The notes: generated by a model not told the origin, from the sequence alone. A stretch of 64,000 bases of DNA from Oscillospiraceae bacterium (GCA_021205095.1 JAJPYE010000007.1:62338-126337), one strand, 5' to 3'; shown: positions 47,340 through 57,827, counted from the first letter of the stretch. Program-made: numbers and translations.

Positions 47340-48263
47340 CTATAGCAAACGCGCCAGTAAAAATGTATACCCTGCGGAAAAAAGACCGCACAGCGCCCGG
47401 CCCAGAAGGTGCCGGGCGCAGCTTATGTCCGTCCCGTCCAGCACGCCCAGGGTCTGGCAATGGACACTGATTCCGCCCCAGCCCAGCATGAAGGAGGCGG
47501 CGGCCAGCGCGCCGGGGGTGGGGGACAGCCCTGCCAGCGCCGAGACGCCGCTCCCCAGCTCCAGAAACCCAGTGACGACCGCCCGCGGCAGCGGCGGCAA
47601 CAGAGCCAGGGGCGTCAGCAGATTTAAAAGAGCGGAAAACAGCACCACGTAGCCGCAAACGGTCATGGCGGAACCCACCGCCTTGGCCACCGCCGCCGGG
47701 AAGGCGGCGGAAAAAGAGCGCGGCTCTGGCAAATTTGGTGTGTCGATTGCGGACAACTCTGTCCTGCGGCCCCGAAGCAGGACGCCCACGGTGACGGCAC
47801 CGAGAACATGAGCGATATAAAGCAGAATTCCCGCTCTGGGACTTTGGAAAACGCCCCCCGCCGCGCCGATGATAAAGGCAGGGCCGGAATTGTTGCAGAA
47901 GGCCAGAAGCCGTTCTCCCTCGCTTTTTGTCACCCGTTCGGAGCGGCGCAGATCCGCCACTACGGAGGCACCCAGGGGATAGCCCCCGGACAGCCCCAGG
48001 AAAAACGCCTGCGCTCCGGCAGGGGAGATGTGAAACAGCCCCTCCATGACCCCTCCGGCCATATGTCCCAAAAGCTCCGGCAACCCCATGGAGGCCAGGA
48101 GATTTGCCAGCACAAAAAAGGGCAGCAGGGAGGGAATAAGCGTGGCGGCGCATACGGAGAGACCCTGTCTTGCGCCCTCCGCCGCCTCGTCGCTGAAAAG
48201 AACCAACGCCCCGAACAGAACCAGAACAGCCAATACCGGCAGATGCTTAAAATAATGTTTCAT
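47340..48263 (-). CDS. ylbJ: YlbJ-like sporulation integral membrane protein (nucleoside-recognition domain)
   Basis: A.EG...GL..C...LIPSLLPFFVL..LL signature; polytopic. Confidence 0.65.
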   Translation of the reverse strand: MKHYFKHLPVLAVLVLFGALVLFSDEAAEGARQGLSVCAATLIPSLLPFFVLANLLASMGLPELLGHMAGGVMEGLFHISPAGAQAFFLGLSGGYPLGASVVADLRRSERVTKSEGERLLAFCNNSGPAFIIGAAGGVFQSPRAGILLYIAHVLGAVTVGVLLRGRRTELSAIDTPNLPEPRSFSAAFPAAVAKAVGSAMTVCGYVVLFSALLNLLTPLALLPPLPRAVVTGFLELGSGVSALAGLSPTPGALAAASFMLGWGGISVHCQTLGVLDGTDISCARHLLGRALCGLFSAGYTFLLARLL

Positions 48264-48333
48264 GCTTTCAGTGTATGAATGTCCTGTCCTTTTTTGAACT
48301 TCACCCGCATAGATTTGTTTCGGGTGATGTTTT

Positions 48334-48600
48334 ATGACAGAAAAGCTGTTTCAGCGGGTGATTCGGCGGTTGGATATACCTGCTGAGTCCATTTCTGCGG
48401 CGCCAAGAGTGACGATTTCCGGGGGAACGAGGGTGCTGATCGAAGGCCACAGGGGCCTTTTGGAGTACGCAGACGACCGAATCGCGGCGGCGGGGAGCGG
48501 CTGCCGCATCTTGATCAAGGGGGAGAACCTGGGCCTGGTGGCCATGGATAAGGATGAAATGATAGTTTCCGGGCGGCTGTGGGCGGTGGAGCTGGAATGA
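48334..48600 (+). CDS. yqfC: Sporulation protein YqfC (YabP/YqfC family)
   Basis: An 88-aa protein with P.VT..G......IEGH.GLLEY.D..I........I.I.G..L motif. Confidence 0.85.
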   Translation: MTEKLFQRVIRRLDIPAESISAAPRVTISGGTRVLIEGHRGLLEYADDRIAAAGSGCRILIKGENLGLVAMDKDEMIVSGRLWAVELE

Positions 48601-49832
48601 AAAGGAACTATGTGCGGTATGTCACAGGCTGGGCGACGGCGGAGGCCTCCGGGGCGCAGCCGGAAAAGCTGCTGTACGCCCTGGCGGAGCGGGGCATCCC
48701 CTTTTGGGGGGCGGAACCGCCCAGGGATTTTTCCCTGACGGTAGAGATACCCTGGCGGGCGATAAAGCTGACTCCGGCCCTGGGCGCGTCCATTGGCTGC
48801 GAGGTGCGGATAATTAGCTGTCACGGCCTTCCGGCGGTATTCAAAAAGCTGCGGCAGCGGGTGGTTCTGCTGGTGTGCCTGGCCGTCATGCTGGGGCTGC
48901 TGTTTGTCAGCGGAGCCTTTGTGTGGGACATCCAGATCAGCGGCAACGAGACCATCCCGGAGGGCGTTATCCGGCAGGCCCTGGCGGAATGCGGGGTGGA
49001 CATCGGGAGCTTTTGGCCCGCCATGTCCCAGGATCAGGTGCGAAACAGCATGATATTAAAGCTGCCGGGCATCCGCTGGATGACCGTTACCATCCGGGGC
49101 AGCCATGCAGAGGTCATCATCCGGGAAAAGCGGACGTATATAGAGCCGGTGGACGAGGGAGAGTATGTGAACCTGGTGGCCGCAAAATCGGGGCTGGTGA
49201 CGGAGGTGTTGGCCCTGCGGGGGACGGCGCTGACGGAGGAGAGCCGGGCGGTTCTGGCCGGGGAGGTGCTGGTGGCCGGATACGCCACGGGGCGCTATGG
49301 AACCATACAGGGCCTTACGCGGGCCATCGGTTCCGTCACGGCCCGTACCTGGTATGAAATGACCGTGGAAGCGCCTGTGAATGTGGAGGAGAAGACGTCC
49401 CTGGAGGATAAAACTGTGCAGTGGGCGCTGGTTTTGGGAAAAACACGCATAAATTTTTACAAAGGTAGTAGTATTTGTCCTTCAGATTGTGATAAAATCA
49501 TAAAGGAATATGCCCTCTCTGTGGGGGGCCTGTTCACGCTGCCGCTGACAGTGGAAAAGACTATATATACCTCCTATGTTACCCAGAGCGTAGAAACGCT
49601 GGAGCTGCGGGAGGAGATGGAAGCCATGCTGCTCGCGGCGCTGTCGGAGGAGCTTGGTCAGACAGGGGAGATTCTCTCCGCCCGGTTTACCGCGTCCAAC
49701 GGAGATGGGGTGCTGTATGTCACCCTTTTTGCCGAGTGCCAGGAGCAGATCGCCCAGGCCGTCCCCATGACGGCGGAGGAAATTTTGGAGATACAGGAAA
49801 AAATAGTTGTCACCGAGGAAGCAGAGCCATGA
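48597..49832 (+). CDS. yqfD: Sporulation protein YqfD
   Basis: Synteny after yqfC with an ATGA overlap, one central TM helix, and a YqfD-like pattern (WDIQISGNETIPE). Confidence 0.8.
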   Translation: MKRNYVRYVTGWATAEASGAQPEKLLYALAERGIPFWGAEPPRDFSLTVEIPWRAIKLTPALGASIGCEVRIISCHGLPAVFKKLRQRVVLLVCLAVMLGLLFVSGAFVWDIQISGNETIPEGVIRQALAECGVDIGSFWPAMSQDQVRNSMILKLPGIRWMTVTIRGSHAEVIIREKRTYIEPVDEGEYVNLVAAKSGLVTEVLALRGTALTEESRAVLAGEVLVAGYATGRYGTIQGLTRAIGSVTARTWYEMTVEAPVNVEEKTSLEDKTVQWALVLGKTRINFYKGSSICPSDCDKIIKEYALSVGGLFTLPLTVEKTIYTSYVTQSVETLELREEMEAMLLAALSEELGQTGEILSARFTASNGDGVLYVTLFAECQEQIAQAVPMTAEEILEIQEKIVVTEEAEP

Positions 49833-50851
49833 TAGAGAAAACCATGCAAATAGACAGGATGGAAAACGTCATCAGCGTTTTTGGCTCCTTTGACCAGAAT
49901 CTGCGCATCATCGAAACGGAGCTGTCCGTTACCATCGCCAACCGGGATGATCAGCTCAAAATCAGCGGCGAGGCGGAGAGCGTCATGTATGCGGAAAAGG
50001 CCATTGAGGGCCTGCTGTCCCTGGCTGGTCGGGGAGAGACTATCGACGCACAGAATGTGCGCTATATTATCAAGCTGGTGCAGTCTGGCCAGGAGAGCCG
50101 CATTGGCGATCTGGCAAGAGGAGTGGTGTGCGTCACCGCCAAGGGTCGGCCCGTGAAGCCAAAGACCATCGGCCAGACGAACTATGTGGACGCCATCAAG
50201 AAAAACACCGTCACCCTGGGCATCGGCCCCGCCGGTACGGGCAAGACCTATCTTGCCGTGGCCTGCGCCGTGGCCGCCTTCCGGGAGAAAAAGGTGAACC
50301 GCATCGTCCTGACCCGCCCGGCGGTGGAGGCCGGAGAACGGCTGGGGTTTCTGCCGGGAGACCTGCAAAGCAAGGTAGACCCCTATCTGCGCCCATTATA
50401 CGACGCGCTGTTTGAAATGTTGGGAGCGGAGACCTTTAACAAATACATGGAGCGGGGAGACATCGAGGTAGCGCCCCTTGCCTATATGCGGGGCCGGACG
50501 CTGGACGACAGCTTCATCATTCTGGACGAGGCCCAGAACACCAGCCGGGAGCAAATGAAGATGTTTTTGACCCGCCTGGGCTTTGGCTCCACGGCGGTGA
50601 TAACCGGGGATGTGACCCAGATCGACCTGCCGGCGGATAAAATATCCGGCCTGAAGGAGGCCATGAAGGTGCTGGACGGGGTGGAGGACATCGCTATCTG
50701 CCGCCTTTCCGGGGCGGACGTGGTGCGCCACGTCATCGTGCAGCGCATCATCGCGGCCTATGAAAAGCATGAAAAATCCATGCCCCCCGCGCCCCCGGTG
50801 AAGAAATATAAGCCCCAGCCCATCCGCCGGGAGGAGCAGAGACACACATGA
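49829..50851 (+). CDS. phoH: PhoH family ATPase
   Basis: GPAGTGKTYLAV Walker A and FIILDEAQN Walker B. ATGA overlap with yqfD. Confidence 0.9.
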   Translation: MIEKTMQIDRMENVISVFGSFDQNLRIIETELSVTIANRDDQLKISGEAESVMYAEKAIEGLLSLAGRGETIDAQNVRYIIKLVQSGQESRIGDLARGVVCVTAKGRPVKPKTIGQTNYVDAIKKNTVTLGIGPAGTGKTYLAVACAVAAFREKKVNRIVLTRPAVEAGERLGFLPGDLQSKVDPYLRPLYDALFEMLGAETFNKYMERGDIEVAPLAYMRGRTLDDSFIILDEAQNTSREQMKMFLTRLGFGSTAVITGDVTQIDLPADKISGLKEAMKVLDGVEDIAICRLSGADVVRHVIVQRIIAAYEKHEKSMPPAPPVKKYKPQPIRREEQRHT

Positions 50852-51324
50852 GGAAAAGACTAAAGCTGCGCCTGCGGTGCGAGAACGGCCAGAAATGCCC
50901 CCTGTCCCTGCGGCGGCGCATCAAAAAGACCGCTGCCGCCGTGCTGGAGGCGGAGGGCGTCGCCCAGCCCTGCGAGCTGTCCGTTCTGCTGACGGACGGG
51001 GCGGGCATCCAGAGGATTAACGCCGAATTTCGCCAGGTGGACAGGCCCACGGATGTGCTGTCCTTCCCTATGGGGGACACGGACATGAAAACAGGCCGCC
51101 TGCTTCTGGGGGACATGGTGCTGAACATTCCCCAGGCAGAGGCCCAGGGAGCGGAATTCGGCCACGGGGCGGCCCATGAAATAAGTTACCTCACCGTCCA
51201 CAGTGTCCTGCATCTGCTGGGCTACGACCATGTGGACGAGGGGCCGATGAAAAAGGAAATGCGGGGCCGGGAGAAGCTCATTATGGCCCGCCTGGAGCCA
51301 AAGGGCATACAGACAGAAAGCTGA
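50848..51324 (+). CDS. ybeY: rRNA maturation endoribonuclease YbeY
   Basis: HSVLHLLGYDH zinc motif; ATGA overlap with phoH. Confidence 0.9.
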   Translation: MRKRLKLRLRCENGQKCPLSLRRRIKKTAAAVLEAEGVAQPCELSVLLTDGAGIQRINAEFRQVDRPTDVLSFPMGDTDMKTGRLLLGDMVLNIPQAEAQGAEFGHGAAHEISYLTVHSVLHLLGYDHVDEGPMKKEMRGREKLIMARLEPKGIQTES

Positions 51325-51339
51325 AACAGGAGAAACGCT

Positions 51340-52233
51340 ATGACCACAAAAACAGCCATGATAACCATCGCCGGACGGCCCAACGTGGGCAAGTCCACCC
51401 TGACCAATACCCTGGTGGGAGAGAAAATTGCCATTGTCTCCCCCAAGCCTCAAACCACCCGCACCCGCATCCTGGCCGTGACCAGCCGGGGAGATACGCA
51501 GTTCGTTTTTGCGGACACGCCGGGCTTTCACAAGGCCCGGACAAAGCTGGGAACCTATATGGACAACGTGGTTCGCCAGAGCGTGGCGGATGTGGACGCG
51601 GTGGCCATGCTGGTGGAGCCTGTGGCCTCCATTGGACCCCAGGAGCGGGGCCTTTTGGAGCGCCTGAAGGAGACGGGCGCGCCGGTGGTGCTGGCCGTCA
51701 ACAAGGCGGACACGGTGCAGGATAAGAAAAATCTTCTCCCGGTCATCAGCCTGTATAGTCAGGCCTACGATTTCGATGCCATCGTTCCCATCAGCGCCAA
51801 GACCGGGGAGGGCGTGGACGAGCTTTTGCAGGAGCTGGGAAAATATGCCCTGGAGGGGCCGCCCCTGTTCCCGGACGACGTCATCTCCGACCAGCCGGAA
51901 AAGCAGATTTGTGCGGAGATCGTGCGGGAAAAGCTGCTGCTGGCCCTGGACGATGAGATACCCCACGGCACGGCGGTGGTGGTGACGAAATTTTCCGAGC
52001 GGGACGACGGCATCATCGATATGGACGTGACCATATACTGCGAGAAAAAATCCCACAAGGGCATTATCATCGGCAGGCAGGGGGCCATGCTCAAGAAAAT
52101 CGGAACAGCCGCCCGCCAGGACATTGAGGCCTTCATGGGAACAAAGGTGTTTTTGCAGACCTGGGTGAAGGTGAAGGAAAACTGGCGGGACAGCGACGCC
52201 CTGCTGCATAATTTTGGATTTACCGACGAGTAA
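51340..52233 (+). CDS. era: GTPase Era
   Basis: GRPNVGKST, DTPG and NKAD G-motifs, plus a C-terminal KH domain. Confidence 0.95.
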   Translation: MTTKTAMITIAGRPNVGKSTLTNTLVGEKIAIVSPKPQTTRTRILAVTSRGDTQFVFADTPGFHKARTKLGTYMDNVVRQSVADVDAVAMLVEPVASIGPQERGLLERLKETGAPVVLAVNKADTVQDKKNLLPVISLYSQAYDFDAIVPISAKTGEGVDELLQELGKYALEGPPLFPDDVISDQPEKQICAEIVREKLLLALDDEIPHGTAVVVTKFSERDDGIIDMDVTIYCEKKSHKGIIIGRQGAMLKKIGTAARQDIEAFMGTKVFLQTWVKVKENWRDSDALLHNFGFTDE

Positions 52234-52384
52234 TCAAATCAGCCCCACTGTGGCAAACTAATCCCAGCGGGGTGATTCATTTTGAAAGCCGAGCTATTAT
52301 GGCAGCTTTTTCTGGATACAGGGGATCCTGTGTGCTGGATGCTATACCGGCGCACATTGCCCCGCTGAGGCCGAGGCGGTACAT

Positions 52385-53128
52385 ATGTTTGAAACGATTA
52401 AGGGTCTGGTGCTGCGCCAAGCCAAATATAAGGAGGCCGACCTTATCCTCACGCTTCTGACGGCGGAGCATGGAAAGATGACGGTGAAGGCCAGGGGCGC
52501 GCTGCGCAAGGGCAGCCGCCTGGGAGCGGCCAGTCAGGTTCTGTGCTATTCAGAATTTACCCTGTTTGGAAACCGGGGCCGTTGGTCGGCAAACGAGGGC
52601 GTCACCATCGACCAGTTTCTGGGCCTGCGGGAGGATATAGCCCAGCTTGCGCTGGGGGCCTATTTCGCGCAGCTTTTGGATACTGTGTGCCAGGAGGAGG
52701 TTCCGGCGGGGCCGGTGCTGTCCCTGGCGCTGAACAGCCTTTATGCCCTGAGCCGGGGGATTTACGGGCCGGAGCACGTAAAAGCGGTGCTGGAGCTGCG
52801 GCTTATGTGTTTGGAGGGGTTCCAGCCGGAGGTGTCCGCCTGCGGCGTGTGCGGACGAGTGGATATGGACGAGCCGGTGTTTTCGCCTCAGGCAGGCATG
52901 GCGCATTGCCGGGCCTGCGGCAGCGCTGTTCCCGGCGGGGCGACGCCGCTGGACGAAGCGTCCCTGGCCGCCATGAGGCATATCGTAGGTGCGGAGGCCA
53001 GGAAGGAGTTTTCCTTTGTCATCCCGGAGGATTCAGAAAAACGTCTGTGCCGGGCTTGTGAGCAGCTTGTCCGTTGTCAGCTTGACAGGGATTTTAACGC
53101 ATTAGATTACTGGAAAAGTGTGAGATAG
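52385..53128 (+). CDS. recO: DNA repair protein RecO
   Basis: OB-fold N-terminus (G.VLR...Y.E.D.I...LT...GK) and zinc finger C.VCG...C..C. Confidence 0.85.
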   Translation: MFETIKGLVLRQAKYKEADLILTLLTAEHGKMTVKARGALRKGSRLGAASQVLCYSEFTLFGNRGRWSANEGVTIDQFLGLREDIAQLALGAYFAQLLDTVCQEEVPAGPVLSLALNSLYALSRGIYGPEHVKAVLELRLMCLEGFQPEVSACGVCGRVDMDEPVFSPQAGMAHCRACGSAVPGGATPLDEASLAAMRHIVGAEARKEFSFVIPEDSEKRLCRACEQLVRCQLDRDFNALDYWKSVR

Positions 53129-53130
53129 CT

Positions 53131-55500
53131 ATGGATTTATATGAAAAATCATTGCAGACCATCGAACTTCCCGCAGTGTTGGAGCTTCTCGCATCCAAGG
53201 CCGCGTCGGAGGGAGCGAAGGAGGCGGCCCGCCGCCTGCGGCCTTCCGGCGATCCGCGCCAGGTGAAGGAACGCCTGGCGGAGACCACGGACGCCAAGAC
53301 CATGATGGAGACAAAGGGCAGCCCCTCCTTCTCCGGCCTGAAGGACGTGCGGCCCTCCCTGGCCCGTGCGGACATGGGAGGTATGCTGAACACCCGCGAG
53401 CTGCTGGACATCGCGGGGGTGCTGTTCTGTGCCAGAGCTGCTGCCTCCTATGGCTCTGGCCGGGGAGAGTGCGGGTGCCTGAAGCGGTTGTTTTTTTCCA
53501 TTTCCCCTAATCGCTTTTTGGAGGACAAGATCACACAATCCATCACCGGGGAGGAGGAGATTGCCGACGGGGCCAGCCAGGAGCTGGGAGACATCCGCCG
53601 GAAAATGCGGGCGGCCTCCGCCCGTGTGCGGGACAATTTGCAGCGCATCATCTCCTCGCCTTCCTATTCCAAGGTTTTGCAGGAGGCCATCATCACCCAG
53701 CGGAATGGACGCTATGTCGTCCCCGTGCGGGCGGAGAAAAAGGGCGACCTGCCCGGCCTTGTCCATGACGTCAGCTCCAGCGGGGCCACTCTTTTTGTGG
53801 AACCCATGGGCGTGGTGAAAGCCAACAACGAGCTGCGGGAGCTGGCCGCCAAGGAGAAGGCGGAGATCGAGCGCATCCTGATGGAGCTGAGTGCGGACTG
53901 CGCCGCCGCCAGGGGGAGCATTGATCTGGATTATACCGTTCTCACAGAGCTTGACCTGATTTTTGCCAAGGCAGAGCTGAGCTATCAGCTCAACTGCGGG
54001 GAACCGATCCTGACGGAAAACGAAATTATTCTCAAAAAAGCCCGCCATCCTCTTCTGCCAAAGGGACAGGCCGTACCTATCGACGTATCTCTGGGCGGGA
54101 AGGAATATGACGCCATGGTCATCACCGGCCCTAACACCGGCGGCAAGACGGTGACGCTGAAAACCCTGGGCCTTTTCTGTGCCATGGCCGGGTGCGGACT
54201 GCATATCCCGGCAGGGGACGGCAGCGCCGTGCCGGTGGTGCGGAATATCCTGGCGGACATTGGGGATGAGCAGTCCATCGAACAGTCCCTCTCCACCTTT
54301 TCCAGCCATATGGTGACGATCGTGTCCATCCTGGAGGCCTGCGGCCCAGGCACGCTGGTGCTTCTGGATGAGGTGGGAGCCGGAACCGATCCCACGGAGG
54401 GCGCGGCCCTGGCGGTGGCGATTCTGGAATACGTGCGCCAGACCGGGGCGCTGGTGGCCGCCACCACCCACTATGCAGAGCTGAAGGTCTATGCCACCAA
54501 CACGGCGGGGGTAATGAACGCCTCCTGCGAGTTCGATGTGCAGACCCTGCGGCCTACCTATCGGCTTCTGGTGGGGATTCCCGGCAAATCCAACGCCTTT
54601 GCCATCAGCAGCCGCCTGGGACTGCCGGACACCATCATCGAGGACGCGAAGCAGCGGCTGAGCGCGGAATCGGCGGACTTTGAACGCACCATTCAGCGCC
54701 TGGAGGAGCAGCGCCAGGCTATGGAGCGCCAGACGGAGGAACGGGAAAAGGCCCGCCGCCAGGCGGAGGAGGACGCGAAAAAGGCGGACGCCCTGCGCCG
54801 GGAGCTGGAGGTGCGTCTGGAAAAGGCGGAGCTGAAGGCCCGCCGGGAGGCGGAGCGTATTTTGCAGGAGGCCCGCGCCGCTGCGGACGAGGCGTACCGG
54901 GAGATAGACCGGGAGCGGGCCATGGCGAACGAGGCCGCAGATCACCAGAAGATAAACGAGGCGCGGGCGGATATGCGCCGGAAGCTGAACGAGGCGGAGA
55001 GCCGCCTTCGCCGGCCTCAGGAGCCGCCTGTTTCCAATACGCCCAGCCGACCCATCAAGGCGGGGGATACGGTGGAGCTGCTGTCTGCGGGATTGAAGGC
55101 GGATGTTATCAAGGTAAACGATAACGGTACGCTGTATCTTCAGGCGGGGATTATGAAGGTCACAGCCTCCCCCCAGGAGGTGCGCCTGGTGGAGAACGCC
55201 CCCAAGAAAAAGCAGGCGGTGTCCTCCGGCGGCGGACAGACTCTCCGCCGGGCCTCCGTGGCCCCGGAGCTGGACATCCGCGGTATGATGGCGGACGAGG
55301 CCGAGCTTGTGGTGGAACGCTATCTGGATTCTGCCAGCGCCGCCCGGCTGGAGACCGTCACCATTATTCACGGCAAGGGAACCGGCGCCCTGCGGGCTGC
55401 GGTGCAGCAGCTTCTCCGGCGAAATAAGCTGGTCAAGAGCTTTCGACTTGGCCGCTATGGAGAGGGCGAGACGGGCGTAACTGTTGTGGAACTGAAATAA
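53131..55500 (+). CDS. mutS2: Endonuclease MutS2
   Basis: ITGPNTGGKT Walker A, a long coiled-coil, and a C-terminal Smr domain (LDIRGM...IIHGKGTGALR). Confidence 0.95.
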   Translation: MDLYEKSLQTIELPAVLELLASKAASEGAKEAARRLRPSGDPRQVKERLAETTDAKTMMETKGSPSFSGLKDVRPSLARADMGGMLNTRELLDIAGVLFCARAAASYGSGRGECGCLKRLFFSISPNRFLEDKITQSITGEEEIADGASQELGDIRRKMRAASARVRDNLQRIISSPSYSKVLQEAIITQRNGRYVVPVRAEKKGDLPGLVHDVSSSGATLFVEPMGVVKANNELRELAAKEKAEIERILMELSADCAAARGSIDLDYTVLTELDLIFAKAELSYQLNCGEPILTENEIILKKARHPLLPKGQAVPIDVSLGGKEYDAMVITGPNTGGKTVTLKTLGLFCAMAGCGLHIPAGDGSAVPVVRNILADIGDEQSIEQSLSTFSSHMVTIVSILEACGPGTLVLLDEVGAGTDPTEGAALAVAILEYVRQTGALVAATTHYAELKVYATNTAGVMNASCEFDVQTLRPTYRLLVGIPGKSNAFAISSRLGLPDTIIEDAKQRLSAESADFERTIQRLEEQRQAMERQTEEREKARRQAEEDAKKADALRRELEVRLEKAELKARREAERILQEARAAADEAYREIDRERAMANEAADHQKINEARADMRRKLNEAESRLRRPQEPPVSNTPSRPIKAGDTVELLSAGLKADVIKVNDNGTLYLQAGIMKVTASPQEVRLVENAPKKKQAVSSGGGQTLRRASVAPELDIRGMMADEAELVVERYLDSASAARLETVTIIHGKGTGALRAAVQQLLRRNKLVKSFRLGRYGEGETGVTVVELK

Positions 55501-55627
55501 AACGGGAACCGCAAAGCTTTTACAACTGTGCAATCCTCCAAAACATCAAAAAAGGTTTGCGAACTGTGAAGAATTTTGATAGAGTATATATAATAAATGT
55601 TTGTAATATTGGAATGGGGGTTCCGTA

Positions 55628-55891
55628 ATGATTAATCGTGAAGTGACTATTAACAACCAGGTGGGGCTGCACGCACGGCCCGCGACCTTTTTCATTCAAA
55701 AGGCCAACGAGTTTAAAAGCACCATCTGGGTGGAGAAGGACGATCGCCGTGTAAACGCGAAAAGTCTGCTGGGCGTTCTGTCTCTTGGCATTGTCAAGGG
55801 GACTGTCATCAACATTATCGCTGACGGCGTGGATGAAGCAGAAGCTGTCGATACCTTGACGGATCTGATAGACAGGGAGTTTGTCGAGTAA
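55628..55891 (+). CDS. ptsH: HPr phosphocarrier protein
   Basis: GLHARPA (His15) and NAKSLLGVLSLG (Ser46). Confidence 0.9.
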   Translation: MINREVTINNQVGLHARPATFFIQKANEFKSTIWVEKDDRRVNAKSLLGVLSLGIVKGTVINIIADGVDEAEAVDTLTDLIDREFVE

Positions 55892-55943
55892 TTCACGGTT
55901 CCCGGCGTGAAGCCGCTGTGCCGGGGGAATAGAAAACAAGTCA

Positions 55944-55973
55944 AAAGGGTGTGTTCCGGCACACCCTTTGCTT
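55944..55973 (+). terminator. Hairpin after ptsH
   Basis: Perfect 10-bp stem AAAGGGTGTG-TTCCGG-CACACCCTTT. The T tract is partly inside the stem. Confidence 0.5.
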
Positions 55974-56006
55974 GCGTTCGGGATTTGTTCGCGCTTGAGG
56001 GATTGT

Positions 56007-57827
56007 ATGGACAAAATTGCCCAGTTGCGGGAAAAAGCAAATAAGCTGCCCCTTCAGCCGGGGGTGTATATTATGATGGACGCCTCCGGCCAGGTCATCT
56101 ATGTGGGCAAGGCCAAGGCGCTGAAAAACCGGGTGACAAGCTATTTCCGCGGAGAGCATCTGCCCAAGGTGGCGGCTATGGTCAGCCATGTGGACGATTT
56201 TTCCGTCATCGTAGCCAGCTCGGAGTTTGAGGCGCTGGTGCTGGAAAACAGCCTGATAAAACGGCATCAGCCCCATTATAATATTCTCCTGCGGGACGAT
56301 AAAACTTATCCCTTTCTGCGCCTGGATATGGGGCAGGAATACCCGGTCTTTACCATTGTCAACCGGATTCAGCCCGACGGGGCGCAGTATTTCGGCCCTT
56401 ACGGAGGCCGGAGCGTCAGCAAGGGGATATTGGATGCCCTGGCCAAGGCCCTGCGGCTGCCTGGATGTACCCGCCGCTTTCCCCGCGACATCGGCAAGGA
56501 GCGGCCCTGCCTGAACTGGCACATGGGAGCCTGCGAGGGCTGGTGCCGGGGGACGCCGGATCGGGAACAGTATCGGGAGCGGATAGAGCAGGCGGTTCAG
56601 ATTCTGACCGGCGGCGCCGGGATGCTGACGCGGGAGCTGGAGGCACAAATGCTTCGGGCCTCGGAGGAGCTGCGCTTTGAGCGGGCCGCAGAGCTGCGGG
56701 ATCGTATGCTGGCGGTGAAGGAGCTTTCCAACCAGCAGACGGTGATAAATGCCGCCCGCGCCGATACGGACGTCATTGGCTTTCGCCGGGGAGCGAAGAC
56801 CGCTTTTGTGGTCTTGCATTACGCGGACGGGGATCTGGCGGGCAAGGACACGGAGCTGATGCCGGAGCCTTTGGAGGAGGACGCTGCGGCGGTGTCCGCG
56901 CTTGTCCGGCAGTATTATACCCGCCGGGGCGCATGGCCCCGGACAGTGCTTCTGCCGGTGGAGCTGGAGGACGAGGAGCCGCTGAGTCAGCTTTTGAGCC
57001 AGATGGCCGGACACCGGGTGGAGCTTGCCGTTCCCAAGCGGGGCGTGAAGCGGGAGCTTGTGCAGGCGGCGGAGCGAAACGCCCAGGACGAGGGCCTTCG
57101 GGCCGAGAGCGAGGCGGAGCGCCGGAGCAAAACCCTGCAATGGCTGCAAAAGCTGCTGGGTCTGGAGGGGGAAATACGGCGCATCGAATCCTTTGATATT
57201 TCCAACACCGGGGACTTTGGCATCGTGGCCTCCATGGTGGTGTTTGAGGAGGGCCGTCCGGCCAAGAGCAAATACCGCCGCTTCCGCATGAAAGAGGTGC
57301 AGACCCAGGACGATTTCGCCAGTATGCACGAGGCTGTTGGTCGCCGTATGGCCCATTATGCGGAGGGGGACGAAAAGTTCATGCCTCTGCCGGATTTGCT
57401 GCTGATAGACGGCGGCGTGGGGCAGGTGGGCGCCGCCTGCGACGCCATGGCGGAGCATGGAATTACAGGAGTGCCGGTGTTCGGCATGGTGAAGGACGAC
57501 CGCCACCGCACGCGGGCGCTGACCACGCCAGATGGCCGGGAAATTGGGCTTGCAGGAAGCCCCGCCGTGTTTGCCCTGGTGGGGAATATCCAGGAAGAGA
57601 CCCACCGCTTCGCCATTGAATACCATCGCACCCTGCGGAAAAAGACCATTGCCTCCCAGCTTGACGAGATACCCGGCGTGGGGCCGAAGCGCCGGGCCGC
57701 ACTGCTGAAGCGCTTCAAAAGCGTCAAGGCCATATCCCAGGCGACGGAGGAGGAGCTGGCCCAGGCCGTTCCCCGCGCTGCCGCGCGGGCGGTTTACGCC
57801 CATTTTCATCAGGAGGAAAAGCAATGA
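56007..57827 (+). CDS. uvrC: Excinuclease ABC subunit C
   Basis: GIY-YIG N-terminus (PGVYIMMD...IYVGKA), UvrBC domain, and C-terminal HhH. The track ORF adds 13 codons. Confidence 0.95.
   Translation: MDKIAQLREKANKLPLQPGVYIMMDASGQVIYVGKAKALKNRVTSYFRGEHLPKVAAMVSHVDDFSVIVASSEFEALVLENSLIKRHQPHYNILLRDDKTYPFLRLDMGQEYPVFTIVNRIQPDGAQYFGPYGGRSVSKGILDALAKALRLPGCTRRFPRDIGKERPCLNWHMGACEGWCRGTPDREQYRERIEQAVQILTGGAGMLTRELEAQMLRASEELRFERAAELRDRMLAVKELSNQQTVINAARADTDVIGFRRGAKTAFVVLHYADGDLAGKDTELMPEPLEEDAAAVSALVRQYYTRRGAWPRTVLLPVELEDEEPLSQLLSQMAGHRVELAVPKRGVKRELVQAAERNAQDEGLRAESEAERRSKTLQWLQKLLGLEGEIRRIESFDISNTGDFGIVASMVVFEEGRPAKSKYRRFRMKEVQTQDDFASMHEAVGRRMAHYAEGDEKFMPLPDLLLIDGGVGQVGAACDAMAEHGITGVPVFGMVKDDRHRTRALTTPDGREIGLAGSPAVFALVGNIQEETHRFAIEYHRTLRKKTIASQLDEIPGVGPKRRAALLKRFKSVKAISQATEEELAQAVPRAAARAVYAHFHQEEKQ

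Noticed and set aside
48264-48333. A possible sigma-E/sigma-K sporulation promoter upstream of yqfC (CATAGATT-like -10)
   Set aside because: The match to the sporulation-sigma consensus is too weak to call by eye.
52243-52367. Alternative pairings in the era-recO spacer: CAGCGGGG (52265-52272) could pair with CCCCACTG (52243-52250) or CCCCGCTG (52360-52367)
   Set aside because: These are only 8-bp segments, one with a mismatch and the other with an 87-nt loop. This could easily be chance in GC-rich DNA and is most simply a weak era terminator.
53149-55533. A 794-aa ORF antisense to the whole of mutS2
   Set aside because: It is the exact mirror of a well-supported gene. Its composition is dominated by R/G/L/P/Q/H with almost no K/I/N/Y/M, and it has no RBS or promoter. 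This is the typical stop-free antisense frame of about 60% GC coding DNA.
55941-57824. A 627-aa ORF antisense to uvrC
   Set aside because: The same shadow-ORF signature; uvrC on the plus strand has all of its diagnostic motifs.
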